Source: an uncultured Gammaproteobacteria bacterium (GTDB lineage Bacteria > Patescibacteriota > Microgenomatia > UBA10105 > UBA927). Taken from it: a DNA stretch of 64,000 nucleotides. The translations under genes were made by a program, and so were the position numbers. Below the pieces are notes generated by a model that worked only from the letters and a program-made list of their open reading frames with translations, searched no databases and had not been told where the DNA came from. Shown here one piece after another: positions 57,056-64,000 of this stretch. Numbering within the stretch: position 1 is the stretch's first letter; each line of letters starts with the position of its first letter. The DNA is taken from NCBI GenBank assembly GCA_964609895.1, contig CAZSTG010000005.1, forward strand, positions 6,998 to 70,997, in the 5' to 3' direction.

Positions 57056-58354
57056 TTACATTCTGCCAACGCCGAAATATCTATACCCCAGATCTTTCAT
57101 TGTCTGCGGATCATACATGTTTCTTCCGTCAAACAACACTCTGTCTTTTAAACCTTTTGCAAGTCGAACCATATCAAGCTGTTTAAATTCATTCCATTCA
57201 GTTACGACAACAACTGCATCAGCACCATTTGCCGCTTCATATGCCGACGTTGCGTACGTTACACCATCAGGCAACACCTTCTTTGCATTCTCCATAGCAA
57301 CTGGATCATAGGCTTTGACTATGGCACCGTCTTTTATAAGCGCTGAAATAATAGTAATGGATGGAGCAAACCGCATATCATCCGTATCCGGTTTGAACGA
57401 TAGCCCCAACACACCAATTGTTTTTCCTTTCACATGGTCATTAAAGTGCTTCTTGATCTTGTCAATAAAATGCACCCGAGCTTCATCATTAATCTCATCT
57501 GTTGCCTTCAGCAATGTAAAGTCGTACTCATAGTTTCTTGCAATGGCTATGAGTGCTTTGACATCTTTTGGAAAACAGCTCCCCCCGTAACCAACACCGG
57601 GATATAAAAAGTTTCGTCCGATTCGGCTGTCAAGTCCAACGCCTTCGAGCACCTTTTCAACATCCGCCCCGACTTTTTCCGATAAAAATGCCATTGCGTT
57701 TGCAAATGAAATTTTCACAGATAACATGGAGTTGGCTGCATATTTGATAAGCTCTGCTGTTTCCACATTACATAACACAAGTTTGGTATCAATGGGTTTG
57801 TGGAGATCAATCATCATTTTCTGCGCTCTGTCGGATGTTGTTCCAATAACTACCCGTTGCGGATGTTGGGTATCACCAACCGCCTGTCCTTGACGCAAAA
57901 ATTCCGGACAGGAGCAAATGGCAAAGGAAGAACCTGCGGGTTTGACCTCGTCAAGTATCTCGCCAACCTTTTTGTTTGTTCCAGGCGGCACCGTGCTCTT
58001 CACAGACACAACCTTATATCCTGTCAGGTTCTTACCAATTTCCCGAGCCGCATTAAATACTTCAGTAAGATCGGCATCTCCTGTTGGTTTTGGCGGTGTA
58101 CCAACTGCTATGAAAATAATTTCTGACGGCACAACAGCTTCTTTATATTCAAGGGTAAAAATAAGCCGTCCCGCATTAACGTTTCTCTTTACAATCTCTG
58201 AAAGTCCCGGTTCATAGAATGTTGCTATACCCTGTTTCAGTTTTTCAATTTTTTCCTTATTCCGTCCGACAACCCATACTGTATTACCGAGATCGGCAAA
58301 TATTGCCGCCGTCACCAACCCGACATATCCGTGACCGATAAACGCAACTGTCAT
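57056..58354 (-). CDS. ugd: UDP-glucose 6-dehydrogenase.
   Basis: MTVAFIGHGYVGLVTAAIFADLGNTV...IFIAVGTP... and ...GGSCFPKDV (catalytic Cys). 432 aa. AGGAGG upstream. Confidence 0.85.
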   Translation of the reverse strand: MTVAFIGHGYVGLVTAAIFADLGNTVWVVGRNKEKIEKLKQGIATFYEPGLSEIVKRNVNAGRLIFTLEYKEAVVPSEIIFIAVGTPPKPTGDADLTEVFNAAREIGKNLTGYKVVSVKSTVPPGTNKKVGEILDEVKPAGSSFAICSCPEFLRQGQAVGDTQHPQRVVIGTTSDRAQKMMIDLHKPIDTKLVLCNVETAELIKYAANSMLSVKISFANAMAFLSEKVGADVEKVLEGVGLDSRIGRNFLYPGVGYGGSCFPKDVKALIAIARNYEYDFTLLKATDEINDEARVHFIDKIKKHFNDHVKGKTIGVLGLSFKPDTDDMRFAPSITIISALIKDGAIVKAYDPVAMENAKKVLPDGVTYATSAYEAANGADAVVVVTEWNEFKQLDMVRLAKGLKDRVLFDGRNMYDPQTMKDLGYRYFGVGRM

Positions 58355-58375
58355 AATACATTCCTCCTAAAAAAT

Positions 58376-59260
58376 TTATACTGCTTCCTGCTTTTTTACT
58401 TCCTCAAGTCCCTCTTGTACCGTATGAAGATGTACGCCTAATGCGTCAATCCTGTCATGCCGGAGCGCCGCTTTTTTCGGAATTGCCGCCCTTCCTTTAA
58501 AAAACTCCGCATATGTCGTTTTTCCGACCAGCTGCACATCAAGACCGAACGTACGTGCGATAAGCACCATCATGTCATAAGGAGCAATCGGCTGTTCACT
58601 CGGTACATGAAAAATACCGCTCCCATTCTCTCGGACAATTGCGTCGACTGCAACTGCCAAATCGTCGATAAATGTGCATGTGAAAATCTGATCGGTCGGA
58701 GCGGCGACAGAAAGATTATCAGCCAGCCTGTTTCTTATCCGATGGACAAAATCCAACTTTGTTTTTTCGTTCATCCCTTTCGGATAGGCACGATACGGAT
58801 TTCCGATGCGGACGATCACACCCATCGCGCCCAGCTCCTTTACAGCCTCTTCTCCGTGAAATTTTGTCTCCGTATAAAAACTTAAAGGATTCGGTGTATC
58901 GTTTTCATTATATGCATCCTTCGTTCCGTCAAACACATAATCGGTTGATATATACAGCAGATGTTTTCCGAATTTCCTACACAGCGAAACGATTGATTTT
59001 GTTGCATCAACATTCACTTTCCATGCAACACTGTGTTCCCGCAAGTCTTTTTCTTTTTCAGCACCCTGTACATCTGTATATGCTGCAAAATGAAATACCC
59101 ATGGCGCATCAGATGCTGCAAACCGTTTCTCAAGTGCCGCGGCGTCCGTAATGTCAATGCCTGTCTCAAGACTCAAATTCTCAAAAGCATATGCCGACGA
59201 TAAAAGATCGACAACTCTTGATCCGACCATGCCGGTCAGTCCGGTTCCTAGAATATTCAT
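58376..59260 (-). CDS. rmlD: dTDP-4-dehydrorhamnose reductase.
   Basis: MNILGTGLTGMVGSRV...YISTDYVFDG...PLSFYTETK. 294 aa. 4-nt overlap with rmlB. Confidence 0.8.
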   Translation of the reverse strand: MNILGTGLTGMVGSRVVDLLSSAYAFENLSLETGIDITDAAALEKRFAASDAPWVFHFAAYTDVQGAEKEKDLREHSVAWKVNVDATKSIVSLCRKFGKHLLYISTDYVFDGTKDAYNENDTPNPLSFYTETKFHGEEAVKELGAMGVIVRIGNPYRAYPKGMNEKTKLDFVHRIRNRLADNLSVAAPTDQIFTCTFIDDLAVAVDAIVRENGSGIFHVPSEQPIAPYDMMVLIARTFGLDVQLVGKTTYAEFFKGRAAIPKKAALRHDRIDALGVHLHTVQEGLEEVKKQEAV

Positions 59261-60276
59261 TGCCGCTGCTCCCCATATTGTTTCTCATAATATGACTGGT
59301 ATGCACCGGTTTTTATATTTTTCCACCATTCTGTATGTTCCTGATACCAGACGACGGTTTTTTCCAGCCATGCATCAAATCCGTATTGCGGTTTCCATCC
59401 CAGTTCTTTGTTTATTTTTGTCCAGTCAATCGCATATCGTCTGTCGTGTCCGAGTCTGTCTTTGACAAACTCAATCAGCGATTCGTCGCGACCCATAATT
59501 TTCAATATCTTTTTTACTACATCAAGATTAGAAATATCTTCCGTCACGCCGCCGACACAATACGTTTCTCCGATCTTCCCACGGTTCAATACCGCATCAA
59601 TTGCCCGACAGTGATCCTCAACATACAGCCAGTCCCTGACGTTTAATCCGTCACCGTACACAGGAATAGTTTTTCCTTCCAGAATATTGGTAATTGTCAG
59701 TGGAATGAATTTCTCAGGAAATTGCAGCGGTCCATAGTTATTGGAACAATTGGTGATCGTGACGGGCAATCCGTATGTGTCATGATATGCCCGAACAATA
59801 TGGTCGGAACCTGCTTTGCTTGCCGAGTAGGGGCTATGCGGATCGTATTTCGTCAATTCATCAAATTTATTGGAACTACCCAAATCCAACGATCCGAAGA
59901 CCTCATCCGTTGAGACATGATGAAAACGTTTCACAGACAACTGTACCGCTGCTTCCAACAACACCTGTGTTCCCAGCACGTTTGTTTTCACAAAAGGGGA
60001 TGCATCAAGAATGGAGCGATCCACATGACTTTCCGCAGCAAAATGCACCACTGTATCACATCCTGTCATCGCAGCTGTTACTTCAGGAGCAATACAGATG
60101 TCGCCTTTGATAAACTGATACCGGTTGCTTTGTTCTATGCTTTTCAGGTTTTCCAGATTCCCCGCATAGGTGAGTGCATCAAAATTCACCACTGTATCAT
60201 CAGGATGCTCGCGCAACCAATAAAGGATGAAGTTTGATCCAATAAATCCTGCACCGCCTGTAACAAATAGCTTCAT
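59257..60276 (-). CDS. rmlB: dTDP-glucose 4,6-dehydratase.
   Basis: MKLFVTGGAGFIGSNF...HFAAESHVDRS...PYSASKAGSDHIVRAYHDTYGLPVTITNCSNNYGP. Start corrected to M17 (cat 60274-60276). Confidence 0.9.
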   Translation of the reverse strand: MKLFVTGGAGFIGSNFILYWLREHPDDTVVNFDALTYAGNLENLKSIEQSNRYQFIKGDICIAPEVTAAMTGCDTVVHFAAESHVDRSILDASPFVKTNVLGTQVLLEAAVQLSVKRFHHVSTDEVFGSLDLGSSNKFDELTKYDPHSPYSASKAGSDHIVRAYHDTYGLPVTITNCSNNYGPLQFPEKFIPLTITNILEGKTIPVYGDGLNVRDWLYVEDHCRAIDAVLNRGKIGETYCVGGVTEDISNLDVVKKILKIMGRDESLIEFVKDRLGHDRRYAIDWTKINKELGWKPQYGFDAWLEKTVVWYQEHTEWWKNIKTGAYQSYYEKQYGEQRQ

Positions 60277-60281
60277 ATGTT

Positions 60282-60755
60282 TTATGTTATTTTTGTATTG
60301 GTGATCGGTTTTCCCTGCACCCAATCATACCCAATCGTCTTGTCGTCATATTGAATCCGTCCTTCTTCTTTCGGATCGTATGTTTTACTTGTGGCATAAA
60401 CAAAATCACATGGACCTTCAAGAACCTTCATGCCGTGCGCGACACCTGCAGGAATTTTCAACACAATATTATCCGGTTCTTCCCCCAGTATATATTCCAT
60501 TGTTTCCCCTTTTGTCAAAGACCCCTCGCGGGTATCATAGAGTGCTGCTTTGATCTTACCTTTTACACAAAACCACCAGTCAATCTGTGTGGTGTGGACG
60601 TGCCACGCCTTGACCACGCCTTCCACCATAAATGAATGGGAAAGTTGTCCGAATCCTTCGGAAAAAAATTCATCCGTATTTCTGATAATTTCTTCAAAAT
60701 ATCCCCGTTCGTCAGGATGTCGTACCAATTTCTTAATCATCACACCGTCAATCAT
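60282..60755 (-). CDS. rmlC: dTDP-4-dehydrorhamnose 3,5-epimerase.
   Basis: RGYFEEIIRNTD...AWHVHTTQIDWWFCVKGKIKAALYDTR. 157 aa cupin. Confidence 0.85.
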   Translation of the reverse strand: MIDGVMIKKLVRHPDERGYFEEIIRNTDEFFSEGFGQLSHSFMVEGVVKAWHVHTTQIDWWFCVKGKIKAALYDTREGSLTKGETMEYILGEEPDNIVLKIPAGVAHGMKVLEGPCDFVYATSKTYDPKEEGRIQYDDKTIGYDWVQGKPITNTKIT

Positions 60756-61489
60756 ATGGTTCCTTTCTTCATTTTTTCCGCTACCTGATTGTTTGCGCGC
60801 AAAAGCTCATCATACGACGTTCCCGCATCCACCCACCAGTCAATGATCTCACAAGTCAATTTTCCGTCACGAAGATACATGTTATTCAGATCCGTCACTT
60901 CCAGTTCACCCCGTGCAGAAGGCGATAGCTGCTTGATGTAGTCAAACACTTTATTGTCGTACATGTAAATACCGGTTTGCGCAATATCGGATTTCGGCGC
61001 AGACGGTTTTTCTTCTATGGACAACACGTTTCCTTTATCATCCACTTCAATAACACCATATTGTTTTGCATCCATGTGCATATGGATACCAAACACTTTT
61101 GCGCCTGTTTTTTGCTTTTCAAACGCCTCGACCGCCGGACGGAGATTATAGTCAAATATGTTATCGCCGAGAATAACCATAAGCGGCTCATCATGGGTAA
61201 ACTCTTCAGCAAGCGCAATCGCGTCGGCGATTCCCCCTTTAGGGTTATTCTGCACGCCGTAATACAGACGCATGCCGAATTCTTCACCGGATGTCAGGAG
61301 ATTGGCAAACTGTGCGATCGATTCCCCGCCTGTAGTAAGCAGTACTTCTTTCACACCTGCCCGTTGCATGGCTTCTATCGGATAGTAAATCATCGGTTTG
61401 TTATATACCGGCAACAAATGCTTGTTTGTCACAAGCGTCAACGGACGAAGTCGGGTTGCCAAACCTCCAGCTAATATTAATCCCTGCAT
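60752..61489 (-). CDS. rmlA: Glucose-1-phosphate thymidylyltransferase (short form).
   Basis: MQGLILAGGLATRLRPLTLVTNKHLLPVYNKPMIYYPIE...ILGDNIF. AAGGAG RBS upstream. Confidence 0.85.
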   Translation of the reverse strand: MQGLILAGGLATRLRPLTLVTNKHLLPVYNKPMIYYPIEAMQRAGVKEVLLTTGGESIAQFANLLTSGEEFGMRLYYGVQNNPKGGIADAIALAEEFTHDEPLMVILGDNIFDYNLRPAVEAFEKQKTGAKVFGIHMHMDAKQYGVIEVDDKGNVLSIEEKPSAPKSDIAQTGIYMYDNKVFDYIKQLSPSARGELEVTDLNNMYLRDGKLTCEIIDWWVDAGTSYDELLRANNQVAEKMKKGTI

Positions 61490-61531
61490 ATGTACCGCTC
61501 CTTTCCCTCTAATGAAATACTGTTGTTTGTA

Positions 61532-61780
61532 TTACGTCCACAATATTGTCAGTAGCAATACCACTGCGATTGCACCGACAAGACAATATTCTATCACAAC
61601 TTTCGGATGGAGATCTTCTTCGAGACTATGATAGATAATTCCCCAAATGACGTATGAGACTGCCGTAGCGACACCGATATACATCTGCATCACCTTATCG
61701 TTTGCGGCTCCCCAAAACGTCCACACGCCTGTTATCAGAATAATCAAAAGCACTATGTAATTGACATGCGTTAATTTCAT
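61532..61780 (-). CDS. Small membrane protein (2-3 TM), unknown.
   Basis: 82 aa, hydrophobic (IVLLIILITGVWTFWGA...LVGAIAVVLLLTILW). ATGA overlap with the upstream CAP gene. Confidence 0.4.
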   Translation of the reverse strand: MKLTHVNYIVLLIILITGVWTFWGAANDKVMQMYIGVATAVSYVIWGIIYHSLEEDLHPKVVIEYCLVGAIAVVLLLTILWT

Positions 61781-62751
61781 AACAATACTCCGCGTCTTAC
61801 AATGGTAAGCGCGATAAAAAAGGCCGTGAAAAACAGGATGTGCGCCATATTGTGTCCTGCAACACGGGCAATTCTTTTTTTGGAAACAATGATGCCATCG
61901 ATGACGAGAATTCCAATCAAGAGACCCATAAATAAAAATGCCACGTCGCGGGTCAGTGTGGGAATGTTGATCATCGGCTTTTCCGACACGCTGGAAAACA
62001 TGGTGGACAACACATCAAGAACCGGTGTCGGCTTCGCGGCGGATACAGGAACAATACTTACAGGTGGAACAACCTGCTCTTCAATCTCTCTTTTGGTCTG
62101 TTCTCCAAGCTGTGTGGATTCCGGAGCAACTTCCACAACTGCGGCCTGTTCTGGTACCACCGTTTTCGCAGGCTCACGGAGCGCCAGAGCTTCGCTCGCC
62201 CCGAACATCTGCACAACTAGCGTCGTTTCTTCCCCGTTTAAGACACCATTCACGATGGCAAATCCTATATCCTGATATGCGGGTTTTATAATATTGTCCC
62301 GATGCGTCGGTGAAGCCATCCATGCATCAATAACTCCCTGACTTGTGGAAAAATTTTTCGCCAGATTTTCTCCTGCTACCGTGTAGGTATATCCCGCCTG
62401 CTGGATAAACGTCCATGGCGTTTTCCCTTCAGGACTGTTATGAGCCCAATAGTCGTTGGCGAACATATCCTGTGCTTTCAGCGCCGCTGCTTGAGACAGC
62501 GTTACATTATACGTCAAGGGAGATAATCCCAACTCTTGCCTTTTGGCATTTGTTCCGCCGAGCAGCTGGTCAACCCGAATGTCTGTCGCATAACCAAGCA
62601 CGTTTGGAAATTCCCGATGCATAATACGGACGCCAAAATTGAAAATTGCAAAAATAAGGACATAACAGAGCATGGAATCAAGGTGTAATGCTTTTGCCCT
62701 GTGATTATTGGAAAGATACGGAACAAAAAAATGACGCAGGAAACGCTCCAT
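61777..62751 (-). CDS. CAP/SCP/PR-1-domain protein with an N-terminal TM and a C-terminal TM anchor.
   Basis: NAKRQELGLSPLTYNVTLSQAAALKAQDM...YWAHNSPEG...GENLAKN...AWMASPTHRDNI is a CAP-domain signature. It is followed by an E/P/V-rich linker and a TM (FLFMGLLIGILVIDGIIV). Confidence 0.6.
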   Translation of the reverse strand: MERFLRHFFVPYLSNNHRAKALHLDSMLCYVLIFAIFNFGVRIMHREFPNVLGYATDIRVDQLLGGTNAKRQELGLSPLTYNVTLSQAAALKAQDMFANDYWAHNSPEGKTPWTFIQQAGYTYTVAGENLAKNFSTSQGVIDAWMASPTHRDNIIKPAYQDIGFAIVNGVLNGEETTLVVQMFGASEALALREPAKTVVPEQAAVVEVAPESTQLGEQTKREIEEQVVPPVSIVPVSAAKPTPVLDVLSTMFSSVSEKPMINIPTLTRDVAFLFMGLLIGILVIDGIIVSKKRIARVAGHNMAHILFFTAFFIALTIVRRGVLL

Positions 62752-62803
62752 ATAAATATCATACCTATTTACCCATAAAAATACCAGACATGAAGGCTGT
62801 CAT

Positions 62804-63139
62804 CTACTTCCATTTGTCTTCTTCGTAGGGGATTTCAAGAGATTCGTCTGCAAAAGTGCCGTTCACCGGAATATTAAGCAGATACCCGAGTGTTTTTGCT
62901 ATTGCAACACCGACACGCCGGCCGGTAAATGAGCCATGATCCACGAGCACGGTAATATCCTGTATGTCCGAAAGTGTAACGTCATGCTTTTTGAGCGCTT
63001 CCGCTATATATGGAAGGATTACCTGAGAATGGGAAGTCTTTTCTTCATTTGCAAGCGTTTCCGTGAATCCGTTTCCCGCAATTGTCACCGTAGTTTTTTT
63101 TGTTTCCCGCGGATCAATCGTCAGATGTACTGTTTTCAT
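62804..63139 (-). CDS. tsaB: Short TsaB/YeaZ-like protein (N-terminal domain only).
   Basis: MKTVHLTIDPRE...HGSFTGRRVGVAIAKTLGY matches the TsaB GSFTGLRVG motif. Only about 111 aa from MKTVHL (cat 63137-63139); the track M1 gives 138 aa. Confidence 0.55.
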   Translation of the reverse strand: MKTVHLTIDPRETKKTTVTIAGNGFTETLANEEKTSHSQVILPYIAEALKKHDVTLSDIQDITVLVDHGSFTGRRVGVAIAKTLGYLLNIPVNGTFADESLEIPYEEDKWK

Positions 63140-63720
63140 AGCAAAACCGCTCCTTGACGGATAATACGATAGGGCGACACAGTACAATCCACAACTGTTG
63201 AAACCTTGCCGACAGGACACACCCCCGGCACAACAAAATCAACCTTGCTTGTCAATTCTGGATTCAAATCCTCCAAACGATATGGGGTAGCCTCCCCATG
63301 CATATTCGCGGATGGTCCGACTATGGGCACTTCCACACCGAAAAGAATCTGTTGCAGCACCTCATGCTTTGGGTGGCGTAAGCCGACAGTTTTACCGCCG
63401 CCGCGGATGGGGGAGTAGATTAATTCTGTTCGGCATGCATCCACAATCGTTAACGCTCCCGGCCAATATGTTTTCATAAGACGTCGTACAATATCTGATG
63501 GTTGCAGATACAAGGGGAGTGCTCTATCCATACCGCCGACCAATACAGGTAGTGCCTGTGTCACGGGTCGTTTCCGAACAGCAAACACCCGATCTACCGC
63601 GTCGGGTTTATCAATACGACAACCAATTCCGAATGCCGTATCCGTCGGAAAAATTATTATTCCGCCGGAATTCAACACGGAAATTGCTCTCTGAATGTAT
63701 TCTGTCTTGTTTTCAGACAT
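63136..63720 (-). CDS. tsaC: L-threonylcarbamoyladenylate synthase (YrdC/Sua5 domain).
   Basis: GGIIIFPTDTAFGIGC...YWPGALTIV...LRHPKHEV...PIVGPSANMHGEATP are YrdC-fold motifs. 194 aa. Confidence 0.8.
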   Translation of the reverse strand: MSENKTEYIQRAISVLNSGGIIIFPTDTAFGIGCRIDKPDAVDRVFAVRKRPVTQALPVLVGGMDRALPLYLQPSDIVRRLMKTYWPGALTIVDACRTELIYSPIRGGGKTVGLRHPKHEVLQQILFGVEVPIVGPSANMHGEATPYRLEDLNPELTSKVDFVVPGVCPVGKVSTVVDCTVSPYRIIRQGAVLL

Positions 63721-64000
63721 ATGTTATTTCTATCCTCCGTTCCTGATCAGCCTTTCCACAGGAAAACCGTATATCCACCCGTTTCTTTGGCAGTAAACTC
63801 CCCAGACGCTCAGCCCATTCGATAAGGACAATATTGCGGCTGTCATCAAAAATTTCCTGCACACCCACATCCTCAATACTTTGCTGCGTATTTATCCGGT
63901 ACAGATCAAGATGGTACAAAAACCGGTCGACAGCTTTCAGCCGATGACGTCGTACAATAATAAAAGTGGGAGAGAGCAGGCGAGAGGTAATACCTAATCC
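63713..64000 (-). CDS. tsaE: tRNA t6A ATPase TsaE/YjeE, C-terminal part. The N-terminus runs off the window end.
   Basis: MYHLDLYRINTQQSIEDVGVQE...NIVLIEWAERL resembles the H(F/L)DLYR(L/I)...EW motifs of TsaE. The P-loop would lie beyond 64000. Overlaps the tsaC start by 8 nt. Confidence 0.5.
   Translation of the reverse strand, partial: GLGITSRLLSPTFIIVRRHRLKAVDRFLYHLDLYRINTQQSIEDVGVQEIFDDSRNIVLIEWAERLGSLLPKKRVDIRFSCGKADQERRIEITYV

Noticed and set aside
61802-62291. Plus-strand ORFs antisense to the CAP-domain gene.
   Set aside because: Antisense, Ser/Thr/Ala-rich low-complexity translation produced by GC-rich codons of the linker region.
1-64000. Search for CRISPR arrays, tRNA/rRNA, IS elements, integrases, toxin-antitoxin or defence genes.
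   Set aside because: No direct-repeat/spacer periodicity seen. Intergenic gaps are all 66 nt or less, too short for tRNA. No transposase or integrase motifs (DDE, tyrosine recombinase R..H..R..Y) in any translated ORF. Nothing to report.

Overview
The whole 64 kb window is one densely packed glycan-biosynthesis supercluster. I count about 57 protein-coding genes, and 54 of them sit on the minus strand. Intergenic gaps are mostly 0-20 nt and many junctions are ATGA-type overlaps, so these look like one or a few very long operons. I found no rRNA, tRNA, CRISPR or obvious mobile element. No intergenic gap exceeds about 66 nt.

Content by class, as called from motifs in the translations:
- At least 14 GT2 (GT-A fold) enzymes. 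Several look like Dpm1/GtrB-type polyprenyl-phosphate-sugar synthases, and one is fused to a GtrA-like domain.
- 4 GT4 (GT-B fold) enzymes, one of them truncated at position 1.
- 2 Wzx-like flippases.
- About 20 large polytopic GT-C-type membrane proteins in recurring paralogous families: 3 YfhO-like, 4 'PTPS-related'-like, about 7 ArnT/PMT (GT39)-like with an hPPL motif, one PIG-V/GT76-like, 2 paralogs of an unknown family, and others.
- A nucleotide-sugar toolkit: rmlABCD (dTDP-L-rhamnose), an fdtA-fdtC-fdtB-like trio (dTDP-3-acetamido-3,6-dideoxyhexose), fcl (GDP-L-fucose synthase), an Rmd-like GDP-4-keto-6-deoxymannose reductase, a GDP-mannose-3,5-epimerase-like enzyme and ugd.
- At the 3' end (high coordinates), a tsaE-tsaC-tsaB t6A cluster with an unusually short TsaB, a CAP-domain membrane protein and a small membrane protein.

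Many N-termini in the ORF track run into the upstream gene; I give corrected internal ATG starts where I could verify the codon in the sequence.

The most interesting signal is the repeated pairing of a GT2 lipid-phosphate-sugar-synthase-like gene with a GT-C membrane gene, i.e. GtrB/GtrA/GT-C-type three-component modules. These modules involve expanded, poorly characterised GT-C families. The YfhO-like and PTPS-related-like proteins also share a C-terminal 'PGW...VDG...PxGxH...Y + terminal TM' module. The organism is probably an uncultivated bacterium using standard code 11, with roughly 40-45% GC by eye. I cannot assign taxonomy from sequence alone.
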